Source of the DNA: Promethearchaeota archaeon
GTDB taxonomy: Archaea; Asgardarchaeota; Lokiarchaeia; Sigyniarchaeales; SOKP01
NCBI GenBank assembly: GCA_048940925.1
Contig: JBHLOC010000020.1
Span: 1-64,000 of the forward strand
Reading direction: 5' to 3'
DNA: 64,000 bases
Shown in pieces: positions 18,547 to 29,436 of this stretch. The number at the start of each line of letters is the position of its first letter. Position 1 is the first letter of the stretch. The position numbers and the translations under genes were made by a program. The notes beneath the pieces are model-generated. The model was not told where the DNA came from. It saw nothing but the letters and a program-made list of their open reading frames with translations, and did not search any database.

Positions 18547-20205
18547 TCATTCATTTTCTTGGAGCTTTCTTCTTAAAATCTTTCCAGCAGGACTTTTTGG
18601 CAATTCATTTACAAATTCTATGATTCTTGGATAACAATACGCCGCTATTTTTTCTTTACTCCAATTAATAATTTCCTGTTCACTAATTTTATCTTTATAT
18701 TCATCTTGGAGAATAATATAGGCTTTTATATCTTCGCCTTTGATTGGATCCTGTACCCCAATTACACAACACTCTAAAACGGCGGGATGCTCATATAAAA
18801 CCTCCTCAACCTCTCTAGGATAGACGCTGTGTCCTTTGTATTTTATCATATCTTTAATTCGATCTAAAATATAGATATATCCTTCTTCATCAATTTTAGC
18901 AAGATCACCAGTTCTTAACCATCTATAACCACCTGCCTTAAAAAATACGTTTTTATTCTCTTCTGGTCTATTATGATAACCCATCATTACTTGAGGTCCT
19001 GAAACAACTAATTCGCCAGCATTTTCAAAAGGTAGAAATTCCAATTTTTCATTAATTATACCTACCAAAGTGTTAGTTAATGGATGACCACAGCTTCCAG
19101 GTTTTTTCCTTGACCAAGGTGGAGAAATAGCCACACCAGGGCTAGCTTCAGTAAGTCCATAACCTTCTCCCATAGCAAATCCCGTTCTATTTTCCCATTC
19201 TTTTGCAGCTTCTAATGGCATCGGAGTAGCTCCCACATGAGTAGATTTTAAGCATGAGATATCGACATTTTCTTTTAAAGATGAATTTAAGAGATTAATA
19301 TACATAGTGGGTACACCGAACAATGAATTTGGTTTATGGTTTTTTAAAATTTCAAAGATTTTTTCTAGATTAAAACCATTCAAGACAAATGCTTTTGAAC
19401 CAATAAAAAGAGCAGAAACCATTTCCACTATTTGACCAAAAATGTGATACCATGGGAGTACAAAGATAGAAACCAAATCTTCCTTAAGAAATTTATCTCT
19501 AAGATAATCATTAACTTGCTTGAATTGTAGACTATTAGCAACTAAATTATAATGTGATAAGCATGCACCCTTTGGATGACCTGTTGTTCCACCTGTATAT
19601 TGAATAACAGCAATATCTTTTTTTGGATTAAATTTAACTTCTGGTGTAGGGAATGGCTTAGGGTTTTGATCCATTAAAGCATTAAAATAAATTAGTTTAT
19701 TAGTTTCAGTTTTAATTAGAGTTGCATCCTTAAGATTAACTAGTATTATCTTTTCCAATGTTATTTGATCTTCTGCTTTTTTAAATTCACTAAAAAGACT
19801 ATCATTCATTATGAGATAGTTCGTACCTGAATCTCTAATTTGGTAAGCTGCTTCTCTCGCTATATATAATGGACTAATAGCAGTCACTGTCCCTCCTATA
19901 TTTAGTACAGCAAAATAGCTTATAATGAAATGTGGACAATTTGTTAACCATAATGCGACTACATCTCCCTTTTTTACCCCTAATTTTAATAGAGCATTGC
20001 TGAATCTTAAAACTAGTTCTTGTATATGCTTATATGTGTATTCTTTATTATCATATACAATGAAAGTTTTATTCTTATACTCATCAGTATATTTTTCGAA
20101 TAAATCACATAAAGAAGTACTTTCAGGTATTTCTAATTCTAAAGTAACTCCTTCAGGTAAATAATCTTTCCAATATCTATTTTTTATATACTTTGGTAAA
20201 TTCAC
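18547..20205 (-). CDS. long-chain acyl-CoA ligase (FadD-like)
   Basis: YTGGTTGHPKG, EGYGLTEASP, TGD, KSPAGKILRR. Confidence 0.9.
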   Translation of the reverse strand: MNLPKYIKNRYWKDYLPEGVTLELEIPESTSLCDLFEKYTDEYKNKTFIVYDNKEYTYKHIQELVLRFSNALLKLGVKKGDVVALWLTNCPHFIISYFAVLNIGGTVTAISPLYIAREAAYQIRDSGTNYLIMNDSLFSEFKKAEDQITLEKIILVNLKDATLIKTETNKLIYFNALMDQNPKPFPTPEVKFNPKKDIAVIQYTGGTTGHPKGACLSHYNLVANSLQFKQVNDYLRDKFLKEDLVSIFVLPWYHIFGQIVEMVSALFIGSKAFVLNGFNLEKIFEILKNHKPNSLFGVPTMYINLLNSSLKENVDISCLKSTHVGATPMPLEAAKEWENRTGFAMGEGYGLTEASPGVAISPPWSRKKPGSCGHPLTNTLVGIINEKLEFLPFENAGELVVSGPQVMMGYHNRPEENKNVFFKAGGYRWLRTGDLAKIDEEGYIYILDRIKDMIKYKGHSVYPREVEEVLYEHPAVLECCVIGVQDPIKGEDIKAYIILQDEYKDKISEQEIINWSKEKIAAYCYPRIIEFVNELPKSPAGKILRRKLQENE

Positions 20206-20232
20206 GACATTTCATCTCTTTTTTATCAAAAT

Positions 20233-22797
20233 TTAAAAAAGGTCATCATCCAAACTTTCATTATCTTCTGGAAATTTTCCAAATTCTTGCATATATTGTT
20301 GAAGTAATTCACTTTCTCTTTTTGTATACATTGGATCTTCATCATATTCAAAGTAACAAGCCCTACTATTGGTATTCATTTGTTCTTTTAATGCTAAACG
20401 TAAATTAGGAGTCCCCTGTATTAAGATTATCTCTTGATTTTCATTTAAGATTTGAATAGCACCTTCAGTTTCAGGGATATTTTGAATATTTTCAGTATTT
20501 AATTCTAACCATTTTTGAGGTGGCATGATAACAGGTGAAATTTCAAAGCGTAAGTCACATTTTAAACACCGGTTTGCTTCCTTAATCGCTAATTCTTCAT
20601 CAAAACCCAATTCAATTTCACTAAAACCGTTTTGACGTTGTTCTAATGATAAAAGAGGCATTTGAATCCGTGGTTTATCATAAAAACTTTCATCACGCCC
20701 TAAATGTTGATTAGGGACATCCTGTTCAATAAAGATATCTTCAATCTCACCATTTCCTCCTAAGTATTTGTCAATTGAAGAAGCTGCCTTTTGACCCATT
20801 TCAATGGCATCAACTACAGAGCTAGGACTGTCTATTACTTCACCACCAGCAAAAACCCCCGGTATATCTGTTTCAAAAGTTTTTTCTTTTACTTGAATTA
20901 AACCTGATTTAGAGATATTAATTTTACTCTCACTACCTAATAAAGATAGATCAGGAATCTGTCCTATTGCCATAATTACCATTTCGGTTTTAATTGATTT
21001 TGTATTGGCATCATTAAAAATAGGACTAAATATCTTATTATCATCAAACACGGAATCACAATGAACTAACTCAATTTCAGATATTGAACCATTCTTATCA
21101 ATAATTTTTTTTGGACCCCAGGAACAATCAAGTGTTATCCCCTCATCAATTGCTTTTTGGATTTCCCATTCATGAGCAGGCATTTCTTCTCTACATTCTA
21201 AACATGTCAGTTGAACTTCTTTAGCCCCTAGACGCCTAGCTGTTAAAGCTACATCTATAGCTACATTGCCTCCACCAATAACTATAACTCTTTCTGGTAC
21301 TTTTACTTCTTCACCAAGATTAACTTTTTTTAGAAAATCAAGACCCCAAAGAATATTTGGGAGGTTTAATCCTTCAAGATTAAGTTTTTTAGTACTTTGA
21401 GCTCCAATTGCTATGAAAGTTGCATTAAAACCCTGTTCTTTCAAATTATTAAGTGATAAATGTTCACCTATAACCTTATTTGTTTGGATATCAATTCCCA
21501 GACTCATAATGTGGTCTAAATCTTTGTCGAGAACTACTCGTGGTAATCGATATTCAGGAATTCCAACCCTTAACATTCCTCCCACATAAGAATTAGATTC
21601 AAATATAGTAACTGAATGTCCTAACCTCTTTAAGTAATATGCTGCTGTAAGTCCTGAAGGACCAGAACCGACCACCGCTACTTTTTTCCCTGTTGAAGGG
21701 TTAATACTTATTTTGGATTTCCATAATTCACTATCGTGTTCCATAGCAAAACGTTTTAAAGCGCAAATAGCTATGGGTTCATTAATTTTACTCCTACGAC
21801 ATTCAATTTCACAATCATGAAAACATATTCTTCCAAGAACTGAAGGAAAAGGTGTTTTCTCGCGGATAACCGCAGCTGCTTCTGCATACTTTTTTTCCGA
21901 TATTAATCTAATATACCGCGGAACATCAATACCTAACGGGCATGCATTTTTACAAGGGACAAGTAGTTTTTCTCGTTCCGACCATAAGATATTCTTATCT
22001 GTAAGTGCTCCAGTAGGGCAAACTTCAATACAAGCACCACAAAACTTACATCCAGATTCTTTAAGTGTTGGTTCAATACTCCCAACAATAGTCTCTCCAT
22101 TAGAATAAACAAACCCTAATGCTCCCACACCACGTAAATCATTACACATTCTTACACATCGGGTACATCCAATACACAACTCATAGTTACGTATAAAAAG
22201 AGGTTCATCTTCAAGAATTGGACGCCCTTGGGGTCTATAACGAGGAATGTCCTCTCGAATTCCAATATATTCAGCAACTTTTTGTAATTCACATCGTCCT
22301 AAAATTGGACAACATCTCTCTTCTGCAGGAACATTTGGAGAGCATGGTTCACGACTACATCCCTCTCGTTGAGCACACATTAAACATGCATGTGGATGAT
22401 TTGAAAGAATATCAGTTAACCTCTCTCGACGTAGATCTTGTATCAATGGAGTATCAGTTAAAATTACCATATTTTCTTCAGCTAGAGTACTACAAGATGT
22501 AATAACTTCCTCAATTCCTTCTATTTTTACAATACAAAGTTGACATCCCTCATGTTCTTGAGATGATTTGTTTAAATTATTATTTTTAATTAGGGTATTT
22601 CCTCGGAAGATGTATTCTATTGGTTTCATTCCTACCAACGGAGGTAGATCTGGGTGAGCACAAATAGCAGGGATGTATATACCAGCATTAAGGGAAGCTT
22701 CTAAAATTGTAGTCCCTTGGAATGTTTCAATCGTAGTTCCATTAATAGTTATTGTTATTTTTTCCATAGTTGACACTCTCGAAAAAAAATTAACCAT
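20233..22797 (-). CDS. bzdV: BzdV-like multidomain NAD(P)H:ferredoxin oxidoreductase
   Basis: 2Fe-2S + HxxxCxxC + 2x4Fe-4S + GltD-like FAD domain (GSGPSG, GGGNVAID) + acidic C-terminal domain; directly follows bzdM. Confidence 0.75.
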   Translation of the reverse strand: MVNFFSRVSTMEKITITINGTTIETFQGTTILEASLNAGIYIPAICAHPDLPPLVGMKPIEYIFRGNTLIKNNNLNKSSQEHEGCQLCIVKIEGIEEVITSCSTLAEENMVILTDTPLIQDLRRERLTDILSNHPHACLMCAQREGCSREPCSPNVPAEERCCPILGRCELQKVAEYIGIREDIPRYRPQGRPILEDEPLFIRNYELCIGCTRCVRMCNDLRGVGALGFVYSNGETIVGSIEPTLKESGCKFCGACIEVCPTGALTDKNILWSEREKLLVPCKNACPLGIDVPRYIRLISEKKYAEAAAVIREKTPFPSVLGRICFHDCEIECRRSKINEPIAICALKRFAMEHDSELWKSKISINPSTGKKVAVVGSGPSGLTAAYYLKRLGHSVTIFESNSYVGGMLRVGIPEYRLPRVVLDKDLDHIMSLGIDIQTNKVIGEHLSLNNLKEQGFNATFIAIGAQSTKKLNLEGLNLPNILWGLDFLKKVNLGEEVKVPERVIVIGGGNVAIDVALTARRLGAKEVQLTCLECREEMPAHEWEIQKAIDEGITLDCSWGPKKIIDKNGSISEIELVHCDSVFDDNKIFSPIFNDANTKSIKTEMVIMAIGQIPDLSLLGSESKINISKSGLIQVKEKTFETDIPGVFAGGEVIDSPSSVVDAIEMGQKAASSIDKYLGGNGEIEDIFIEQDVPNQHLGRDESFYDKPRIQMPLLSLEQRQNGFSEIELGFDEELAIKEANRCLKCDLRFEISPVIMPPQKWLELNTENIQNIPETEGAIQILNENQEIILIQGTPNLRLALKEQMNTNSRACYFEYDEDPMYTKRESELLQQYMQEFGKFPEDNESLDDDLF

Positions 22798-22888
22798 ACC
22801 ATTAATTTCTTATTATAAAAAAATAAGATTAAGCGAAGTAAAAATATGATAGAATTCCCACCCAACTTGTATTAAAGCACAATTTTTG

Positions 22889-23188
22889 CTACCAGGAATG
22901 ACTTATAGCATTAGCATCGCAAGCTTGGACGCAAGGCAACTCTCTTACTCCGCTAACAGGTTTACAAGGAGCACATGAATATTTTATTTTTTTACGGTGT
23001 TCTTCATTAACAATAGCTACTAAATCTTCTTCTAGTGGATCTAACTCATTTTCAGCCATTTCGAGAACACCCTCAGGACAAGCTTCAGTACATTTCCCAC
23101 ATGAATTACATCGATCAGTATCTATAGTGATAAAATATTCTCCTGAACCATCTTTATAACCATAGTTTGCTTTCATTTTTTTAGGCAC
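22889..23188 (-). CDS. bzdM: ferredoxin of bzd-type benzoyl-CoA reductase
   Basis: ANYGYKDGSGEYFITIDTDRC N-terminus; CxxCxxCxxxCP; synteny. Confidence 0.85.
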   Translation of the reverse strand: MPKKMKANYGYKDGSGEYFITIDTDRCNSCGKCTEACPEGVLEMAENELDPLEEDLVAIVNEEHRKKIKYSCAPCKPVSGVRELPCVQACDANAISHSW

Positions 23189-24083
23189 TCTTTCGTTGTT
23201 TTTCTACTAACGCTTTAGCAAATAATGCAGCACCAATAGCTCCTGCAAGCTGAGGATCAATTGTTGATTCTGGGGTTTTTATTTTTAACTCATCTTCAAT
23301 TCTTTTTACTACACCAATATTTTTAGCAATTCCGCCTGTTATTGCAAATTTTTCTTCTATACCTAACCTTAATAGAAGTGTAACTACACGATGTGCCATC
23401 GCTGCGCAATATGCTGCTAAGACTTTTTCTTTCGGCCAACCTTCCCTAAGTAGTGCAACAGCTTCAGATTTAGCAAATACCACGCATGTGCTACTTACCG
23501 GTTCTGGTTCTTCTTCTATTTGTAATGACATTTTTCCTACATCATTAATGTGTACTTGGAGTAAATCCGCAAATACTTCCATTCCTCTTCCAGTTCCAGC
23601 GGCACATTTATCATTCATAAGAAATGATTGAACTTTTCCTCTCTGGTCGCAGCGGATTGCTTTACAATCTTGACCTCCCATATCCAATACCGTTCTTATC
23701 TCAGGACCATAAATAAAGTTAGCGCCTCGAGCATGACAGGCAATTTCTGTAATAGCTCGATTTGCGAATGGAACATTCACCCGTCCGTAACCAGTTCCAA
23801 CAACATATTCAATTTTATCTAAAGTTAACCCTGTACCTTCAAGAGCCCAATCCATAGCATTATTTGCACTATCTGGACTATTACTTCCAGTTCTCATACT
23901 GCTATAACAATAAATCTCTCCATCTACCATTATTACCGCTTGAGTGCTGACTGATCCTACATCAACTCCTGCTGATATGATGTTCCCATTTTCCCATTTC
24001 AAGTCAGGATTTGTATAACGGGATTCAGTCCATCTCCAATATTCCTTATCTGATTCTGTGTTTGACATATTTTCAATCTCCAA
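23181..24083 (-). CDS. bzdQ: benzoyl-CoA reductase bzd-type Q subunit (ASKHA ATPase)
   Basis: EYWRW, GVDVGSVS, GTGYGR, DMGGQDCK, MNDKCAAGTG, SSTCVVFAKSE. Confidence 0.9.
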   Translation of the reverse strand: MEIENMSNTESDKEYWRWTESRYTNPDLKWENGNIISAGVDVGSVSTQAVIMVDGEIYCYSSMRTGSNSPDSANNAMDWALEGTGLTLDKIEYVVGTGYGRVNVPFANRAITEIACHARGANFIYGPEIRTVLDMGGQDCKAIRCDQRGKVQSFLMNDKCAAGTGRGMEVFADLLQVHINDVGKMSLQIEEEPEPVSSTCVVFAKSEAVALLREGWPKEKVLAAYCAAMAHRVVTLLLRLGIEEKFAITGGIAKNIGVVKRIEDELKIKTPESTIDPQLAGAIGAALFAKALVEKQRKSA

Positions 24084-24858
24084 TTTTTTCTATTGCAATA
24101 AGAGCTGCTCCTAAAGCACTAACATATTCTGGGGCAATTACTTCTTTTGGTACTAGAAGATCAAATCCGAGATTTCTCTCCATCGAATCTATAAAACCAA
24201 TATTATTCGCGACTCCACCTATTAAAGCAACCTTCTGTTCAATACCTATTTGTCGAACCATACTTGTATTTCTATCTGCTATAGCGTCATGAACAGCTCG
24301 GATTATATCTTCTTTAAGAGTTTTTTGATGGATCAATGAAACAACTTCTGATTCTGCAAAAATTGTGCATTGTGCATTCATTGGAATTTGCTTAGTTGCT
24401 TTTAAAGAAAGATCTCCCATAGTTGTAATATCTACCTCTAAAGCCCTTGCCATTGCTTCTATAAATGCACCCGCTCCTGCAGCACATTTTTCATTTATCC
24501 CAAAATCTTTAACCTTTCCTTGGTCATCAATTCTTAAAACTCGTCCTTCTTCTGCTCCTATATCAATCACAGTACGCGCAGAGGGGAAAATAAAGTGAGT
24601 TCCCTTGGCATTGGCAGTAACAGTAGTTACACTATCGTTTGCGAAGGAGATTGCTTCTATCCCTGCCCCAGTTGCAATAATATATTTAATTTCAGCACGT
24701 TTAACTCCTGCTCTTTCAAGAGCATTATTTAATGCTTGTTTTGCTGCCTCATCCTGATCAAAACCACTTAAAACAGAAGTAGTAGAGAGGATACTATCAT
24801 CTTTTAAAATTACAACTTTAGTGTTTTTGCTGCCACAGTCAATTCCAGCTGTTATTAT
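24073..24858 (-). CDS. bzdP: benzoyl-CoA reductase bzd-type P subunit, about 261 aa from a probable ATA start
   Basis: Frame open 96 codons upstream of the called GTG: IITAGIDCGSKNTKVV..ATGAG..RTVIDIGAEEGR, NEKCAAGAG; in-frame TGA at 24865-24867. Confidence 0.85.
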   Translation of the reverse strand: MITAGIDCGSKNTKVVILKDDSILSTTSVLSGFDQDEAAKQALNNALERAGVKRAEIKYIIATGAGIEAISFANDSVTTVTANAKGTHFIFPSARTVIDIGAEEGRVLRIDDQGKVKDFGINEKCAAGAGAFIEAMARALEVDITTMGDLSLKATKQIPMNAQCTIFAESEVVSLIHQKTLKEDIIRAVHDAIADRNTSMVRQIGIEQKVALIGGVANNIGFIDSMERNLGFDLLVPKEVIAPEYVSALGAALIAIEKIGD

Positions 24859-24931
24859 ATTAAATCACTTTTTTTTTTAATTTTATTTAATATTAATTAT
24901 TTAACTTTATCATATGATAACTGTAAAAATA

Positions 24932-26245
24932 TTATCTATATATCTTCTCTATTCCAAGAGATTCCATAAATATGTCTATACGTTTCATAGTTCGGGGAAG
25001 ATCAAATTCTCTTTCATCTCCCATATTTCCTTCAAAAGGCATTACTGGGAAACCAGCTTTTTGAATAGCTAAACGATTTTCTGCAATTCCAAGGCTTAAT
25101 CCTTCACACCCTCTATTAAAATGCAATAAAACTCCATCTAACTTCCATTCACGAGCTATTCGGATCATCATATCGGATTTAAGCTTTGGGTGATAAAAAT
25201 GTTGCCATTCTGGTTTACTCAAATTCCATTCCGCAAGAGCTCGTAATGCCTCATCCCTATTAGATATTTCAATGTCAGGAATAGATCTTGGACCCCAAGT
25301 TCCATCTTGTTTTTCTTCCCATAAACCAATGAGACTAAATGTATAAAGACTTCCTATTGAAACGCAACCGTATTGTTCTAAATAGCGAAATACTCTTAAA
25401 AATGCCCAAGGAGGTTGTGTATCTGTCATAACACGACATTGTTCATTGCCAACAGCCGCTATTCCTCGATCAACTCTGTCTTTTATTTCTGGATATAATT
25501 CTTTTTCATAAAAATCAGCCGTCCATTGAGCAGACTTCTTCAATGTGCCTAGAACATATAGAGAATACATAGATTTTTCATCAATAGGAGCAGGTATTGT
25601 TTTATTAAGATTGCAGATTGCTGACCAAAAATGACAAGTACGAAATTCATTATAAACAGCTTTGATTAAGAGTTCATCATCATAATCTCTCCCTGTAATT
25701 TCTTCAAGCCACTTGATCCCATCATGCATTTGTTTCACAACATAATTAATCTTATGATCCGTTAATTCTTCATAAGGACCTACGCTCACATCAATGCTAA
25801 ATAATGGAATCCCCCCTTCAAGGTCGCTTGCTACTTGATACCATTTAGCATGAGAACAGCAAATATGATCCTGCCACATAAAATCAGGTTTAGGGAATTC
25901 CTCTGAGAACTGTGGCCATGCATACTTGTTAAGGATGGCAGAACCCCAATAATTACGCATATAAGAACATAAATCTCGTGCATACCCTTTTGCTTCGGTT
26001 GCTTCATGACATTCTTGTGCAAATTTATTATTAAATGCAATCGTCGCTCCATATGGTTCGCCAGTCAATGAATATACATCTTCTCCCAACCCTGCAGGAA
26101 TTGCATCAAAAGACCAAGCACCTCCTGCCCAACGAATTCCCCCTTTTTCATGAGCTTTTGCATAATCTTCATAATATCTTTCTCTCAATTTTTTTGCTTT
26201 ATTCCAACATTTCAAGGCTTCTGTTGGATATTTAGTTTTTTCCAT
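24932..26245 (-). CDS. bzdO: benzoyl-CoA reductase bzd-type O subunit
   Basis: [50 protein letters not shown]. Confidence 0.92.
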   Translation of the reverse strand: MEKTKYPTEALKCWNKAKKLRERYYEDYAKAHEKGGIRWAGGAWSFDAIPAGLGEDVYSLTGEPYGATIAFNNKFAQECHEATEAKGYARDLCSYMRNYWGSAILNKYAWPQFSEEFPKPDFMWQDHICCSHAKWYQVASDLEGGIPLFSIDVSVGPYEELTDHKINYVVKQMHDGIKWLEEITGRDYDDELLIKAVYNEFRTCHFWSAICNLNKTIPAPIDEKSMYSLYVLGTLKKSAQWTADFYEKELYPEIKDRVDRGIAAVGNEQCRVMTDTQPPWAFLRVFRYLEQYGCVSIGSLYTFSLIGLWEEKQDGTWGPRSIPDIEISNRDEALRALAEWNLSKPEWQHFYHPKLKSDMMIRIAREWKLDGVLLHFNRGCEGLSLGIAENRLAIQKAGFPVMPFEGNMGDEREFDLPRTMKRIDIFMESLGIEKIYR

Positions 26246-26256
26246 TTTTATCCCTC

Positions 26257-27378
26257 TTAAAAAAGATCCTCTTCTCGTAATATTTCAAGAAATGCTTCTA
26301 CACGTGTTTTAAACTGACCAATTGGTACAGTAACATCAAACTCAAGGAATATAGTTGGGATACCATTATCCTCTAAAGTTTGTTTAATAATAGGAATATC
26401 TAATTCATGCGGATCACAAAATTTTTGTTGAATTAGAATCGCACCTTGCACATCATATTCTTTCGCCATTTTAACAATATGATCAAGTCTTGTTCTTTGA
26501 GGCCAATCTTTACTTGGGCATGGTACACGTTTAACATACCGTTCTGAAATTGCTGCAAGTAAATCTTTATTCACATTTACTTCTCTATCAAAATAACGAG
26601 TACCAGTACAATGATCATCAGTCACAAATCTTGCTCCTAAATTTTCGACCATAGATATAAATTCAGTATCATCATCCTCAGAACCTATAATCATAAGGCG
26701 TTCACCAGAATTATTTATATTTCTTGAGGGCAGTTTCTGTAAAAGTGATTCCAATTCTCTATTATGGTCCTCTTTGTCAGTCATTTGGGCAGATACTACC
26801 ATTGTCATTGCTTCCAGACCAGTGAGAGGTGGATTAGGCTTTTTTCTTAGCTTATATACTTCTTGCATAAGTCGTCGATTAGTATTCATTATCTTAATTC
26901 CTCTCTTGAGGTCTTCATCAGTAATTGGTCGACCGATCCAGTCTTCAATTGCTTTTTTAAATTGTTTCAGCTCTTCTGTTAAATAAGGAATTGCATGAGG
27001 ACTCTGAACATGCATAGGATGCGGTAAATAATATTTAAAATCTACAGGGATATGTAAATCCCAGCTTGTAAAAGCTTGCCTAATATGGAGACAACTTTGA
27101 GCAATCATTATCCCATCTAAATAATCAAATCTCCCTTTTAGACCCTGTGCTAAGCAATCACGGCAAAAAGGACAAAACATAGCAAAAATATGTGGTTCTG
27201 ACACATCCTGTGGTTCATGACTACCTAAAATCCTTACTGGAAGTATATTTGCAGCATATAAGATCTCTTCTGGAACATATGTGCAAAAATAGCCTATTAC
27301 CTTTCCCCCAGTTCGTTCTTTCCACTTTTTAGCGTATTCATGACGATTTTCATACCAATCTTTAAATTGTTCAAACAT
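26257..27378 (-). CDS. bzdN: benzoyl-CoA reductase bzd-type N subunit
   Basis: [36 protein letters not shown]. Confidence 0.92.
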   Translation of the reverse strand: MFEQFKDWYENRHEYAKKWKERTGGKVIGYFCTYVPEEILYAANILPVRILGSHEPQDVSEPHIFAMFCPFCRDCLAQGLKGRFDYLDGIMIAQSCLHIRQAFTSWDLHIPVDFKYYLPHPMHVQSPHAIPYLTEELKQFKKAIEDWIGRPITDEDLKRGIKIMNTNRRLMQEVYKLRKKPNPPLTGLEAMTMVVSAQMTDKEDHNRELESLLQKLPSRNINNSGERLMIIGSEDDDTEFISMVENLGARFVTDDHCTGTRYFDREVNVNKDLLAAISERYVKRVPCPSKDWPQRTRLDHIVKMAKEYDVQGAILIQQKFCDPHELDIPIIKQTLEDNGIPTIFLEFDVTVPIGQFKTRVEAFLEILREEDLF

Positions 27379-27479
27379 ACGTAGTACCTTCCTTTATATA
27401 GATTTTATTCAAATATCCGCTTATTTCATGGTTTTTTGGCAAGTTAAATAGATAAAATTATTAAATTTAATTAAAGTTT

Positions 27480-28526
27480 TTATTTTTGACACAATATAAG
27501 GATTCGAATTCCCTCACCACGGCGCATAACATCAAAAGCTTCATTAATTTCTGAAAGTGGGAATTTATGAGTAATTAGTGGTTTAAGCTGAAGTGACCCA
27601 TTCTTCACTAATTCTATAATATGTGGATAATCTACTGGACGACAACCAAGGCTTCCCATTATCTCCATTTCTCGATACATTACACGACCAATATCGAAAC
27701 CATCCCAACGTTTGGGTGAATATCCCACAGCAACTAAACGACCTCCAGTTCTTAAACTATCGAAAGCTTGCTTCATTGTTACAGGATTTCCAATTGCTTC
27801 AAATGCTATATCTGCTCCACCTCCTGTTATTTTCCGGATAGCTCCAACGACTTCTCTTTCGTCCATATCTTTTGCTAAAATAGTTTCTACCGCTCCAATT
27901 TGCTTAGCAATCTCCAACTTTTTAGGGACAATATCAACAGCAATAGGCAACCCTCCTGCTACCTTTATATTTTGAACCACATTTAAACCAATTCCTCCAC
28001 ATCCAATAACGACTGTCCAGTCACCAGGTCTTACTTGACCTCGATTTTTTACTGCATGGTATGGTGTTGAAACCGCATCTGAAATAATACAACTTTCTTC
28101 TAATGGTAATTCAGTTGGAAGATGAACAACATCTTTAATGGGAACTTTAATTAGTTCTGCAAATCCTCCATCAACATTATTACCAAGCATAATTTGATTA
28201 GTACAAATATTTTCACGACCTGTTCTACAATTAAAACAATATCCACAAGAGAACACAGCGGGAATAATAACATGGTCACCTTCTTTGAAATTGGTTACAT
28301 CTTCGCTTATCTCTTTAATACATCCTGATATTTCATGACCTAAAATAAGAGGTGGTTCTTTAAAAGTGGGTACACCATGCTCTAGGTAACCAAAATCTGT
28401 GTGACATAGACCACATGCCTCTATCTCTACTACAACCTGACCTAATTCACCAGAAATATTTGGTGAGGGATAATCATCTACCAAAATTAAAGGTTCCTTA
28501 ACCTTTTCAAAAATGGCGGCTTTCAT
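27480..28526 (-). CDS. had: 6-hydroxycyclohex-1-ene-1-carbonyl-CoA dehydrogenase (Zn-ADH, BzdX/Had)
   Basis: CGLCHTD, GHE, CxxCxxC, GCGGIG; lies between dch and bzdN. Confidence 0.8.
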   Translation of the reverse strand: MKAAIFEKVKEPLILVDDYPSPNISGELGQVVVEIEACGLCHTDFGYLEHGVPTFKEPPLILGHEISGCIKEISEDVTNFKEGDHVIIPAVFSCGYCFNCRTGRENICTNQIMLGNNVDGGFAELIKVPIKDVVHLPTELPLEESCIISDAVSTPYHAVKNRGQVRPGDWTVVIGCGGIGLNVVQNIKVAGGLPIAVDIVPKKLEIAKQIGAVETILAKDMDEREVVGAIRKITGGGADIAFEAIGNPVTMKQAFDSLRTGGRLVAVGYSPKRWDGFDIGRVMYREMEIMGSLGCRPVDYPHIIELVKNGSLQLKPLITHKFPLSEINEAFDVMRRGEGIRILILCQK

Positions 28527-28594
28527 ATTTACTTCCTACAATTTGCTTTATTTTTATTATAATTTAAACCTAATTCTTATTAAATTTAAGAAAG

Positions 28595-29362
28595 TTAACG
28601 ATTCTGCCAATTGGGTGATCGTTTCTCTAAGAATGCTTGTAATCCTTCATTCGCATCATATGTTGACATTAATTCTTTGAGATAAAACTCTTCAACTTTA
28701 TCTAATTGAGCTTCAAAATTGAATCCTAATGCTATATTGAATGCTTTCTTAGAATAATGCAAGATTATGGTGCTCAAATCATTAAATGATTCAATAAATT
28801 TAGCAAACTCTTGCTCATATGATTCATGTGGGAATAAATGATTAGAAATTCCAAGTCTATGAGCCTCATTAGCATCAATTACTTCTCCCAACATAATAAG
28901 TTCAAAAGCTTTTTTATTTCCAATAATTTTAGGAAAAGCCAATACAGCAATAGGTGGGAATACACCTACTTTTATTTCGGGTTGCCCAAATTTTGCTTTA
29001 TCTGAGGTGAATATAATATCACAGAATATAGCAATTTCACAACCTCCTCCAAGTGCTGCTCCTTTAATACTTGCAATGGTTGGACATTTTAGTTTGTTAA
29101 GCCTTCTAAAAATTCCATGGAATTCCTTAATCATTTTGGGAGCTTTATCACCTATATGATCACCAATATCAACTCCCGCTGAAAATGCTTTTCCATTATG
29201 ATCAAAAATAACTGCTTTTAACGATCGATCTTCTAGAAAACCTTCAAGAGCTTTATTAATTTGTTCCATCATTCTAATTGTTAGAATATTCAATGGACCA
29301 TTGTTAAAAATTATTTTCCCGATGTTATTGGATATTTCTACTACAATTAATTCATCTTCCGT
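28595..29362 (-). CDS. dch: cyclohexa-1,5-dienecarbonyl-CoA hydratase (BzdW/Dch), probable non-canonical start
   Basis: Crotonase motifs FSAGVDI.DH, GGGCE, GQPEIKVGVFPP; conserved N-terminus ELIVVEISNNIGKIIFNNGPLNIL lies upstream of the called TTG. Confidence 0.8.
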   Translation of the reverse strand, partial: TEDELIVVEISNNIGKIIFNNGPLNILTIRMMEQINKALEGFLEDRSLKAVIFDHNGKAFSAGVDIGDHIGDKAPKMIKEFHGIFRRLNKLKCPTIASIKGAALGGGCEIAIFCDIIFTSDKAKFGQPEIKVGVFPPIAVLAFPKIIGNKKAFELIMLGEVIDANEAHRLGISNHLFPHESYEQEFAKFIESFNDLSTIILHYSKKAFNIALGFNFEAQLDKVEEFYLKELMSTYDANEGLQAFLEKRSPNWQNR

Positions 29363-29436
29363 TTCTTTTTCACCCTTTTTGGCTAATTTTTACTTTTAAT
29401 CTACTAATATCATTAATTTGAAAAAAAATATTAGAT

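Noticed and set aside
24073-24570. bzdP as a truncated 165-aa pseudogene
   Set aside because: The frame is intact and conserved for 96 more codons; only the start codon is atypical
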